A DNA stretch of 63,177 nt, filler included, from Pirum gemmata (Eukaryota): the NCBI GenBank assembly GCA_002812295.1. It is 23 parts of 23 records of this genome, joined end to end, with 100 filler letters (N's around TTAATTAATTAA, not from the genome) between each part and the next. Parts side by side here need not be neighbours in the genome. Positions count along the whole stretch, not along the records: positions 51,484 to 55,155 come from PDIN01006344.1; positions 55,256 to 57,536 come from PDIN01006345.1; positions 57,637 to 60,054 come from PDIN01006346.1; positions 60,155 to 63,177 come from PDIN01006347.1; 19 more parts are not named here. The stretch is one strand, 5' to 3'. Shown piece after piece: positions 51,513 to 63,177 of the stretch. The notes beneath the pieces are model-generated. The model saw only the letters and a list, made by a program, of their open reading frames with translations. It was not told where the DNA came from and did no database searches. Position 1 is the first letter of the stretch. The number at the start of each line of letters is the position of its first letter. The translations under genes and the position numbers were made by a program.

Positions 51513-53190
51513 CTTTTTCAAAATTTTTCTAAACCCAGTTTGATTAAGCTTCACGAACGTCTAAAGAAAATATAAAACATACAAATAGTTTCAATATCAT
51601 ATATTAGTAAGTGGGTGATAAATGATAATTTAATGTTAAAAGGTCGGAGATAATTAATAGTATAAATGAAACAGCAATCCTATGAAAATTGAAAATATTA
51701 TTACGCCTGTTCCCCTTCTTATGTAAAACACCTTCATTACTTCTGATTCTTTAAACAATAAGTAGTATTAATTTGTTACCTTAAACAAAGAAAGATCGTT
51801 TTGAAAAGTACGAAACGCTTCCAAGAGCGATTGGGTTCCTATTAGATCCATGTTATTTTCGTTGCTACAATAATAATAATAATAATAACGACAAGTGCAT
51901 TATGATATAATATTAATAAGTTGGTTGTTTTTAGATATTATCAATTTGTAGTTTTTACTGAAACTAGACCTTACATTGCTGCTCTTCCAAGAAAAAAATT
52001 GAAGTTATTATCATCTTTAATTCTATGCTCCTTGAAAACCAAACTAATTTATTCTAAAAAAAACGTAAACGTATAATTGGGGTTTCGGAGAGTTCGCTGC
52101 TCTCAACTCTAACCCTAATCCCTAACCCTAACCCTAACTCCTACCACTAACCCCTACACCTAACCCTAACCCTAACCACTAACCACTAACCACCAACCCT
52201 AACCCTAACCCCAACCCATAACCCTAACCCCTTACCCTAACCCTAACCATAATTATACTCTACTAAGTAGATATAAAAATATCTTTTTATTTTTTATTGC
52301 AATAGTGTGGTTATTTTAATGCACTGGAAAGAAATCATGAAAGTGCTTACTTAATATGTGTGTTAGCTCGCTTAACAACACTTTCTAATCGCATTTCTAA
52401 TTCATTAATTTTCCGACCATAAAATTGAGAAACCTATCATTCGAGTGTGCGAAAGATAAAACGGGATGGGTTAATATTATCTTAAGTATTTTTTTTTTTT
52501 ACAAAATAGCTAGCTTCTATATATTATAAATATAAATGCAATTATTCAAACTTTTACCTTGTGCTTACTTTCATCAAATTTCTAAAATAACTATACCCTA
52601 ACTCTAACCCTGACCCTAACCCTGTCCCTAACTCTTAACCCTGTCCCTAACTCTTAACCCTGTCCATAACTCTTAGCCCTGTCCCTAACTCTTAGCCCTG
52701 TCCCTAACTCTTAACTATTAACGCTAATCCTAACCCTAACTCTAACTTACCCCAACTCGAACCCTAGACACTCTAACCCTAACCCTAACTCGTAACCCCT
52801 GATCCTGACCCCAACCCCTATCTACCTTGTCCAAATCTCGATCCAAGGCAAAGAAAAATATCTTTGCATCTGAGTCGTTATTTGAGCTTTTAATTATCTT
52901 CTTTAATCCTTTGTAATCAATGTATTGCCTTGTAATAAACAAAATAGAAAATGAATTAATATTAAAATAATTGTTTTCAAAAATATATTATAAATAACTT
53001 CAGTCATTACTTTTTTTTTGGAAATTTTAATCATAGACAAAAGGAACAGGTACATTTGCGAAGAAATAAAAATAGAAAATCGAGAAGTTACAAATTATAT
53101 AAACGTGATAATGGCGAATGAAAATAAAGACCGACAAAAAGAAAACATAAAAAACAAGCATTTATACGAATAAACTAATAAAATATGACA

Positions 53191-53234
<44 letters not shown>

Positions 53235-53295
53235 AATACAAGTACCTTGACCAAGGCGGATACATCTGAGTCAATAAACATTTCCCAAACTTCAT
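51513..53295 (-). CDS. SPX-domain protein, N-terminal six exons (Gde1/Pho81-like)
   Basis: Exons 53295-53246, 52928-52826, 52433-52351, 52022-51975, 51864-51780 and 51560-51513 splice in frame: MKFGK..W..YIDYKGLKKIIK..FFFALDRDLDKVSQFY..LLEAFRTFQNDL..FVKLNQTGFRKILKK. Confidence 0.92.
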
Positions 53296-53621
53296 CTTTA
53301 GTTATGATAAGATGATACGAGAAACAAATTTAATTTTAATATTCTTTTAAGCTGGTCTGAAATAAAAACTACAGCTTTTTGTTGCAATTTTCACCAAGAA
53401 AAGCAAAGAGAAATATAAAAGAATACTATAATTTAGAATTTTATTATAAATGATAACCAAGAAAAGCAAAGAGAAATATAAAAGAATACTATAATTTAGA
53501 ATTTTATTATATATATCATAAGTGATAATTATTATTATTATACCCTCGGTAGTTATTATTATTTTCTATTCTATTATCATATGATAATATTATTATTACT
53601 ATAATATTATTACTATATATA

Positions 53622-53682
<61 letters not shown>

Positions 53683-54055
53683 GCAATCTATCGATAATAA
53701 TAAATAGTGATCATAATAACCTCACCACATCAGTAGACTATCACGTGATCGGAAGAACTGAATTATCGGGGTAGAGTCCCGGTAGACATATTACTATTAT
53801 TAGTCTAGTCACTCTATCAACTCATCATATTCATATGACATTGACATCTGAGTGGTTTCATAACACCCTATTTTTGCTGTGACGTAAAAAAGTGATGCAA
53901 TGCCTTTTTTTATTAATAAAAATAATTAAGGGAGAGGGTTTTTACGGTAAATTTGGTATATTTNTTATTATTATTATTATTCTTATTCTTATTATCATTA
54001 TCATTATTATTGTTAACCATTACAATTTTTTTAATTCTTTTTGTCTCTCCTTCAG

Positions 54056-54927
54056 TACTTGACGAAGCCGATCGTATGTTGGACATGGGTTTTGAAGCGG
54101 ATATGCGCAAAATCGTAGAGTTACTTCCGAAAAAACACCAAACAGTATTGTTTTCGGCCACATGGCCTAAGGAAGTGCGAAAATTAGCCAATGAGTTTAC
54201 AGAAAAACCTTTAGAAATGCATATTGGTAATACCTCTAATGAGTTAGTGGCTAGTAAAAACATTACCCAACGGGTTATTTTATTAAATAGTCAAGATGAG
54301 AAAGAAAACCGTTTGTTTCAGCTTTTGGATGAAGAAAACGCTGATAATACTGGGGTTTCCTGCAAAAAGGCTATCGTTTTTGTTAAAACGAAACGAGACT
54401 GTGATCGATTGGGACGTAAGTTGAGACAGAGTAAATGGAAAGCACAAGCTTTGCATGGAGATATGGAGCAACCTGATCGTGATTGGGTGTTAGCGAACTT
54501 TCGAACCGGGGCTGTACGTGTTATTTGCGCTACTGATGTGGCGGCTCGTGGGTTAGATGTTGCCGATATAAAAATTGTCATCAATTATGATTTACCTACT
54601 AATTTGGAGGATTATATTCACAGAATTGGACGTACAGGAAGAGCAAATAATAAAGGGGATGCTATCAGTTTTTTTGTAGAGTCTAATGACAGAAAAAATG
54701 CGCCCGAATTGGTCAAAATTATGCAAAAGGCTGATCAAAAAGTTTCTCCCGAGTTAGAAGAATTAGCCAACCGTAATCGTAAAAGAGGTGGACGTGGTGG
54801 AGCTCGTGGTGGAGCTCGTGGGGGTAGATATGGCGGTGGAGGAGGTAATCGTTATGGTGGGGGAAGAGGCCGAGGTCGGTTTGGTGGAGGAAGTGGTGGG
54901 GGTAGAGGTAGGGGATTTGGTCGTTAA
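54056..54927 (+). CDS. Terminal exon of a DEAD-box RNA helicase (DDX5/Dbp2/Dbp3-like) with an RGG tail
   Basis: CTTCAG acceptor ending 54055; motifs LDEADRMLDMGF, SATWP, IVF, LHGD, TDVAARGLD and YIHRIGRTGR; Gly/Arg-rich C-terminus. Confidence 0.95.
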
Positions 54928-56053
54928 TAGTACTTTCTTATTATTATTATTATTATTATTTATTATTATTATTATTATTATTTCCCTTTTTTCTTCTTTT
55001 TTGTCAACATTTTGATTAATTGGGTTATAGATATGTTCTTGTAGATTTTGAATATCAAACCTCTTCTATTCTTAAAAAATATAATAGAAGAGGGAGGAAA
55101 TGTCAATTTTGTTTTAGTTAGTTATTTAGTATCATTTCCCTCCAAACCCGTTAATNNNNNNNNNNNNNNNNNNNNNNNNNNNNNNNNNNNNNNNNNNNNT
55201 TAATTAATTAANNNNNNNNNNNNNNNNNNNNNNNNNNNNNNNNNNNNNNNNNNNNTATTTAAATTGATACTTTTAGATAAATAAATATATAATAAAATAT
55301 ACCAAATTAAATGAAATGGAATTGTATTGTATTAATTTGGTACTCTTTATTGTATATTTTATGCCGACAAAATAGTAGTTCTCGAGCTCTCTCTAGCTAT
55401 AAACTAGGTAAATCTGATAGAGTAGCATCGATAGTATTATTATTTATTATTATTTATTATTATTTATTATTATTTATTATTATTTATTATTATTATTTAG
55501 TTAAACATTAAAAAACAAATGTTATTATTGCTGTTGATATTCAATATTAATAATAATAGTTACTATAATAATAATAATAATAACTAATAATAATAATAAT
55601 AATAACTAATAATAATAATAATATTAATAATAACTAATAATAATAATAATAATAAGTAATAATAATAATAATAATAACTAATAATAATAATACTAATAAT
55701 AACTAATAATAATAATAATAATAACTAATAATAATAGTAACAACAACTAATAATAATAATAATACAAGTAAATATGAAAATAATAACTAATAATAATAAT
55801 AATAATAACTAATAATAATAATAATAACTAATAAGTTTGATTATGTAATTATTCAAAAACTGAAATAGTCTGAACATGTATAATTATTATTATGGTTGAA
55901 CTAGCAGACATGTTTTAGTTAATTAGGTATTTTATTTATACTTAATGTTGTATTGAAAAATAATATCAATTATATTATATACAACAAAACAAGCAAAAAA
56001 GAAAATAAATAATTTATATTTCTTTATTTTACATAATATTATATTTAATATAG

Positions 56054-56145
56054 TGTTGAGGTGTTACTATATTTGGTATTTATATAAACATATATGACAT
56101 GTCATATATGTATATATAAATACCAAATATAGTAACACCTCAACA
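56054..56145. repeat. 92-bp near-perfect palindrome with no spacer
   Basis: 46-bp arms centred on GACA|TGTC, one mismatch. Confidence 0.92.
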
Positions 56146-56239
56146 ATAGTAAAAAAATCTACAAAGTTTGGGTCAAATTGTGATTTTGTGTTAAACATAC
56201 CCAATTATTATTATGGTTAAACTATCAGACATGTTTTAA

Positions 56240-56361
56240 GGGTTAGGGTTAGGGTTAGGGTTAGGGTTAGGGTTAGGGTTAGGGTTAGGGTTAGGGTTAG
56301 GGTTAGGGTTAGGGTTAGGGTTAGGGTTAGGGTTTTAGGGTTAGGGTTAGGGTTAGGGTTA
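56240..56361 (+). repeat. Pure interstitial (TTAGGG)n array, about 20 units
   Basis: Flanked by non-telomeric sequence on both sides. Confidence 0.95.
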
Positions 56362-56516
56362 AATAAAAGATAGAATAAATCATAAAGCGATCACTCATCT
56401 ATCGCGGATTCGCGGGTTGTGCAAAGATAAAAAAAATGAAAATTGAATAATAAATTAAAATATAATAATAATATCAGATCAAGTTTACTGCAAATCATGG
56501 GGTATTAATAAGGTTA

Positions 56517-56777
56517 GGGAGCGTTCAATAATTACGTAACGCTGGGGGGTAGGTAGGGGGGGTCGGATTTTTGTGACAGGCCGTGACGCAGTAGGGGGGT
56601 AGATTTTCGTAATATGACATAACGCAAAAAAAAATGAGGGTAATTTAGGGTACTATTTTTTCCAATCGTTACGTCATAAGGGTAGGTAGTCCTTCTCAAA
56701 CGCTACAGCCGTTACACGGGGGGAAGTAGGGTAGGTTTTTGTCCCAAATCGGCGTTACGTAATTATTGAACGCTCCC
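56517..56777 (+). mobile_element. PIF/Harbinger-like MITE family B, TTA target duplication
   Basis: TTA|GGGAGCGTTCAATAATTACGTAACGC ... GAACGCTCCC|TTA; nearly identical to 43149-43402. Confidence 0.92.
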
Positions 56778-56852
56778 TTATTAAACATAAGATTAAGATA
56801 AGGATTGCAATCAGAGCTTGAGTTTTTTAAGAGTTTTAAGTAAGAGTTTAAT

Positions 56853-56956
56853 AGGGTTAGGGTTAATTTATGATTATGGTCATGGTTATAGTTATAGTCT
56901 TTAAGGTTAGGGTTAGGGTTAGGGTTTGGGTTATGGTTATGGTTAGGGAAGAAGTT

Positions 56957-56991
<35 letters not shown>

Positions 56992-57527
56992 TAGGGTTAG
57001 GGTTTAGGGTTAGGATTAGGGAGTTATGGAAGAAGTTGGTTAGGGTTAGGGTTAGGGTTAGTTAGGGTTAGGGTTAGGGTTAGAGTTAGGGATAGGGTTA
57101 GGATTAGGGTTTGGGAGTGTTAGGGTTAGGGTTAGGATTAGGGAACGGTAAGGGTTAGGGTTAAACCTAGTTAGCTATGATAGCTAGAGTGATTAGAGTC
57201 AGGGTTAGGCTAAACCCCTAAACCCTATAACTATCACTAGAAATATTTTTCAATAGTGTTATCCAGTTCAAAAACTGAAATAAGTACCAAATTTTTATCA
57301 TGGTTTAACTATCAGACATGTTTTAAAGGTTAGGGTTAGGGTTAGGGTTAGGGTTACCCTAACCCTAACCCTAACACTCTCAAACCCCAACCCTAACCCA
57401 ACCCTAACCCTAACCCTAACCCTAACTAACCCTAACCCTAACCCTAACCAACTTCTTCCATATTCCCCTAATCCTAACCCTAAACCCTAACCCTAAACCC
57501 TAAACCCTAAACCTAAACTCTAACCCT
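56853..57527. repeat. Variant telomeric arrays in inverted orientation
   Basis: TTAGGG-type to ~57356, then CCCTAA-type. Confidence 0.85.
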
Positions 57528-57923
57528 CTGTAATACNNNNNNNNNNNNNNNNNNNNNNNNNNNNNNNNNNNNNNNNNNNNTTAATTAATTAANNNNNNNN
57601 NNNNNNNNNNNNNNNNNNNNNNNNNNNNNNNNNNNNACGATGTGCGAAAACTACATAAATAAAAAAAAAATTATTATTATTCTTATTTTTTTAAAATTAA
57701 TTTTTTTTAATTTTTTTTTAAATTTTTTTCACAAAAAACAAAAAATTTTTTTTTAATTTTTTTTACAAAAAAAAAAAATAGAGGAGAAATCAAACTAAAA
57801 TTTGTTACTTTCTGTAATCATAAACACAAAAAATAATAGTAATAGTAATAGTAATAGTAATATAATATTACATAGCTAACAAATTATAATATTAATTAAC
57901 TTTCAATATTTGAATTATTAGCG

Positions 57924-59492
57924 ATGTCTTACCAAAATGTTGACTGGACTCGTGGAGCGGAATACTACTGGGGATGGATATTGTATATGCTAGTTTTATT
58001 TACAGCAGGTAAATTTAAAGATAATTAATGTATATTATATAGCAGTAATATCCCAATACTACGTATACAATTCAACAATACACCAGTTCAAAATACAACA
58101 ATATAACAATTAATACAACAATACAACAATACAACAATACAACAAAAGACAACAATAAATCAAAACAAAAGCACAATAGCACTAGTTATAATATAATTAA
58201 TGTTGCTACTGAGGTTATAAATTAGTTTTTTATTGTCATTATGGATAATTTATTATAAATATAATTTTAATGATACATATATTACATATATTATTAATTA
58301 ATTAGTGGTCCTAAACTTGGTTACTTTGTGTGCGAATGTATTTCATCCGGATTTAAGAAACACAAAAGTGTCTATTTTAGTTCGTTATTTAAACATCGAA
58401 GACCTATTATTTTCATTATCTTGTTTAGTTCAATGTATCCTAAATATTAGTCATAAACAAATTTTTGGAAATGAAGTAGGCTGCAAATTCCAAGTTGGAA
58501 CCCACGTGTTTTTCATTTTAGCTTCAGCTTATTCGTTAGTATTAATTGCCGCTGATTCATACGTATGTATTGTTAAAAGTAAATCTGGTGTCACACATAA
58601 AATAGCTTTTTATTATCATTTGGTTAGCTATTCCTTGGCCACAGTTTTTGCCTGTATTTTAGCAGAGGTGTTACCTGTGAGACTTACACCTTCTGGTACT
58701 TATTGTATGCCAAGTTTAAACCAACCTTTGCCAGGTGTAATTTTTTTTATTTTTGGATTATGCCCCGTATTTTTAGTTTTAGGTTACCTGTATTTCAAAA
58801 TCTACTTAATTGTTCAAAAACAAGGACAACGTATCATCAATGCATCTGGTAACACTTCTCAAAATAGTACGAGAGGTAGCATTAACCATGGTAACGCAAA
58901 CAAAAAAAAGAATCTGTCACAAGAGGAAAAAATAAACCTACGCAAAAGAAAAGTGGCATTTAAATTATCATTGTTTCTTATTGTGTTTTTAGTTTGCTAT
59001 TCTCCGGTTATCATTGGATCAATCATAGAATGGATTACGGGGGAAGACGCACCTATCGCCCTGGATTTATTATTTGCAATTTTGTGTCATTCTTTAAGTT
59101 TCATCAATCCGATTCTTTATGTATGGACGAACACCCAAGCTAAAAAAGTTTTGTTCTCCACACGATTACTATGTTTTATTACACGTTCAAGCGTAGATTC
59201 CAGTTTGAACTCGGAAAGTGGTTTTTCGAAAATAAGAAGGGCTTCTACATCTAAAAAGCCTGTCAGTGGGGTTACGCAAAGTAAGAATTTGGTAAAACAA
59301 ACTGAGGCTTCTGTAATACATGCTATAACAATTACAGAGCAAGCCGCTGTTAAACAGCAAGACGATATTAAAGAAACAGAAGATAACGATGATGAGAAAT
59401 CATGGTCATCAGACGGCATCTATGATGGTGGAGAAATGACGGAAATCGTATTAACAATTGATTCTTCAATGGCTTTGGTTACGCAAGTTTAG
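57924..59492 (+). CDS. Rhodopsin-family (class A-like) 7TM receptor; exons 57924-58008 and 58306-59492
   Basis: Exon 1 (MSYQNVDWTRGAEYYWGWILYMLVLFTA) joins in frame. Motifs: TM2 EDLL, TM3 Cys (GCKFQ), IAADSY, ECL2 SGTYC, FLVCYSP and INPILY. Confidence 0.9.
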
Positions 59493-60989
59493 AATCATTT
59501 TTATTTTTAAGTAATATGCTGGTAGAGAAATAACGGAAATGGCAATTACAATATGGTGGAGAAATAACGGAAATCGCAATTACAATTGATTCTTCAATGG
59601 CTTTAAATTTGGTTACGCAAATTTAGAATCATTTTTATTAATTATTGGCAAAGTAAATAATACAACTTTTTTTTAATGCAGTCCATACATATAAGCTCAA
59701 CGCATAAGACAGTAAATACCCTCTACCTACCTAATGATAATAATAAATTATTATAAAGCACGAGAAATGACTGATCTTCGAGAAAAGGTTAAACAGAAAC
59801 ACAAATCATTAAACTATCAATATTAAAATATATATAATATCAAGGAGATGCGGGTCAAATACCACCTACCTACCTACCCCTTGAGTTGTAGGTTTGTGTC
59901 AATATAGCTATAAAAAATGTAACAGTATTATAAAATTGTAATAAATATAAAAATATAAAATTTAAAAGTTTGAAGAGAATTTTATTCAATTTTTAAGAGC
60001 AGAGCTCCTTTTATACCCATCAGCTCCCGGTCAGTCAGCTGTGGGATTGTTTTTNNNNNNNNNNNNNNNNNNNNNNNNNNNNNNNNNNNNNNNNNNNNTT
60101 AATTAATTAANNNNNNNNNNNNNNNNNNNNNNNNNNNNNNNNNNNNNNNNNNNNAACAATAACAATAACAATAACAATAACAATAACAATAAAAATAACA
60201 GTAATAATAACAATAACAATAACAACAATAACAATAACAATAACAATAACAATATTAAACAATATTAAATAATAACAATACTAAACAATAACAATAACAA
60301 CAATAACAATAACAATAACAATAACAATAACAATAACACATATAACAATAACAATAACAATAACAATAACAATAACAATAACAATAACAATAACAATAAC
60401 AATAACAATAACAATAGCAATAGCAATAACAATAGCAATAACAATAACAATAAAACAATAACAATAACAATAACAATAACAATAACAATAACAATAACAA
60501 TAACAATAACAATAATAACCTTTCGCCTTTTTATTAATAACTTTAGGGAGCGATCGATTAAGTGCTGTTCATTTATTTCATCATATACTTCTATATATCT
60601 ATTTCCATCATTAAACTTTAAAGTGAGAGTGCCATATGAGGTACGTATTATAGCTAAAATCTTTGCGAATACAATTAAATAAAATAAATAAAATAAATAA
60701 AATAAATAAAATAAATAAAATAAATAAAANNNNNNNNNNNNNNNNNNNNNNNNNNNNNNNNNNNNNNNNNNNNNNNNNNNNNNNNNNNNNNNNNNNNNTA
60801 ATAATAATAATAATATAGTATTAATAATATATAGTAATATATAATAATCATGTATAATGAGAAAAAAAGATATAATAATAATAATAACAATTCCATATTA
60901 TGTATAGGTATCAGATTATTCTATAGTAATTATAATACATTGGATCTTAAAAGTAAAACAATTCAAATGTCCCTCTTGAAAGTCTCGTA

Positions 60990-61170
60990 CCAAGGGTTAA
61001 AGATTAAAAAGGTTAAGGGTTAAGGATCAAATGTTATTAAGGGTTAAGGATCAAGGGTTAAGGGTTAAGGGTTTAGGGTTTAGGTTTAAGGTTTAATGTT
61101 TAAGGTTTAAGGTTTAAGCGGTTAAGGTTTAAGGATTAAAGGTTAAGGGCTAAGGATTTAAGGATTAATT
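60990..61170 (+). repeat. (TTAAGG/TTAAGGG/TTTAAGG)n telomere-like variant array
   Basis: Read directly. Confidence 0.75.
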
Positions 61171-61454
61171 AATATTGTAAGGGTTAATAAGTGTTAATAT
61201 TAAGAGTGGTTATGTCGTCCACCAGATCTGTTAGGTGTTGGTTTTTCTGTTGATCCTCAGAGAATCCTTTGCCAGCTTTGTCTTTGTGAGTAAATTGTGA
61301 CACATTCAGTGAAGAGGAAGCTTTCCCCAGCTCATTAAATAGTGTATGGTGATTAGGTGGCGTGCTTGATGTTGATCTCCCTCTTAAGACTCTAGCTAGC
61401 TAGTGAATACGATTGCGAGGTTTTATGCTTTTAATATGGTAGTTTTGGAGTTAA

Positions 61455-62175
61455 GCTCATTTTACAATTTCTCTGAGTGAAACGTTCATAACTTATGTAG
61501 TTCTTATGCTTACTTGCTACTACCTGATTCAACATAAGTTATGAACGTATGACGCCGTCAAGCACGGTTACTTGGCTTGAATCAGAGTGAGTTAAGTAAA
61601 ATACCTACTTTTGATTGTCAGTTTTTATCTAAAATGGTAAGATTTTTACCTAAAATTGTAGCTTTGGAGGTCCTCATTTTACAATTTCTCTGACTGTGAC
61701 GGAAAAGGGGTTTTCAGTTGTTTTGTCATCATAAAATATGAACGCTTGACACCGTCAATAGCGACAATAGAGTAAGGTTTGAAGATATACCAGACTTAAT
61801 TAAGTGGGTATTTTGCTTTAAAACTCAATCTGATTCAAGCGACGGTGATTGACGGTGTCAAAAATTCATAACTTATATATATATAGTTCTTATGTTTACT
61901 TGTTATTAATACTACCTGATTCAAACTTAAGTTATGAACGTTTGACACCGTCAATCACGGTCGCTTGAATTAGAGTGTGTTAAGTAAAATACCTACTTTT
62001 GACTACTTTTTTTTTGCTTAACCCACTGACTGGTCAGTTTTACCTAAAATGGTATTTTGACTACTTTTTTTGTCTAACCCACTGGTCAGTTTTTACCTAA
62101 AATGGTAATAATTTACCTAATATGATAGTTTGGAGGTACCCTCATTTTACAATTTCTCTGACTGTGACGGAAAAG
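61455..62175. mobile_element. Tandemly duplicated element containing a long inverted repeat
   Basis: 61486-61705 is repeated at ~61866-62175; inverted arms at ~61808-61875 and ~61928-61994. Confidence 0.65.
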
Positions 62176-62183
62176 AGTAAGAC

Positions 62184-62906
62184 TATCGCGCTTTTCAGTT
62201 GTTTTGTCATCATAAAATATACAAAAAAGAGTACCAAATTAATACAATATAAATCCATTTCATTTAATTAAAAAAGTCAATTTAAATATTATAACCAACC
62301 AAATAAATATTTTGAGTGACAAATAAATAAATCGTATAATATACGTAAACTATCTCGCGTAAACTATATATCTATGGGAGAGATGTCACTCTAATTAACA
62401 ATGTATTATGCTTTTCATTTATTTTGTAACTCCAAATATTTATTTGGTTAGTTATGACCTTTAAATTGACTTTTTTAAATGAATAAATAGATAATAAAAT
62501 ATAGCAAATTAAATGAAATGGATTTATATTGTATCAATTTGGTATGTTTTAAATTTAAGGTCGAAAAAAAAAAAAAGAATATCATTTCAAAATTGTTACT
62601 ATTCAAAAATTAGGATCGAGCTGTTTGATTTGATTATGTTTTCCTGTATCTCCTAAGTTTTTTTCTGTTGAAGGAAAATAAATAAATAAATGAAGCCCTA
62701 TCCTATCATTAGCCTAAAACCCTCCCATATGCAAAATTTATATTATGATTAAGATTACAATGGTTATTTATTTGGAGGGTTATAGTCTTTAAATTGACGT
62801 TTTTAAATAAATAAATATAAAGTAAAATATGCCAAATTAAGTTAAGTGGATTTATATTGTATTAATTTGGTACTGTTTATTTTATATTTTATGATGACAA
62901 AATAAC
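62184..62906. mobile_element. Cluster of three family A MITE copies (~62184-62330 forward; ~62404-62546 and ~62765-62906 reverse)
   Basis: Sequence matches 16169-16357. Confidence 0.8.
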
Positions 62907-63177
62907 TATATGATAGTAATAAAATAAATGTTGTAATTAGTATTGTATGTTGTTGATTATTTGAAAAGTATTATCAATAAATTGAATTTAATTTATATTT
63001 AAAATTAAGTAAACTAATAAAATGATTCACTCTTGAGCGGTTATACATGTATAGTGGGTGTCCCCCACCTTATATATATATATATTAATATGATTATTAT
63101 TTCTAATAGAATAATTATTTAGAGTAATTATGTATATATAAATATACATAGTAAAAAAACACTCTTTTTCGCCATGG

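Noticed and set aside
58305..59492. Light-sensing opsin
   Set aside because: The K296-equivalent position is His, so there is no Schiff-base lysine.
2425..60154. Regularly spaced TTAATTAATTAA motif and apparent gene neighbourhoods (e.g. polyprotein next to chitin synthase)
   Set aside because: Artificial six-frame-stop spacer within N-runs; adjacent contigs are unlinked, so no cluster can be inferred.
61184..61392. ~68-codon open minus-strand frame between a CTAG tract and telomere-like repeats
   Set aside because: No start codon, weak splice context, no recognisable motif.
1..63177. tRNA/rRNA genes, autonomous transposase or RT ORFs, alternative genetic code
   Set aside because: None recognisable by eye; conserved genes read through in the standard code and end in TAA/TAG/TGA. 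tRNAscan or Infernal could still find small RNAs.

Overview
This is very AT-rich eukaryotic nuclear DNA in the standard genetic code, with GT-AG introns, CTAAC branch points and TTAGGG repeats. It is not a contiguous locus: about 23 short (~2.4-3.7 kb) contigs are joined by artificial 100-nt N/TTAATTAATTAA/N spacers, so gene order across spacers is meaningless. Gene content points to an aerobic unicellular opisthokont, possibly an ichthyosporean or early-diverging fungus (inference only). Recognisable genes are a chitin synthase, an SPX-domain gene (Gde1/Pho81-like), a class-A-like GPCR, a DH RhoGEF, an ABCG half-transporter, a DEAD-box helicase, FMC1, EXO1, a PH-domain gene and a globin. Several of these exons are absent from the ORF track (globin, EXO1, PH, most SPX exons, GPCR exon 1). 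Most ORF-track entries are microsatellite artefacts. Highlights: (1) a secreted five-domain A-B-A-B-A polyprotein with RRR/RKRR convertase linkers; (2) CTAG micro-arrays that are demonstrably insertions at TAG/CTAG sites inside known repeats, consistent with serial transposon footprints; (3) pervasive interstitial TTAGGG arrays that cap broken repeats and grade into intron-filling TTATGG/TTATAG satellites; (4) a globin with an acidic G-H insertion; (5) an orphan gene lying antisense inside an EXO1 intron.
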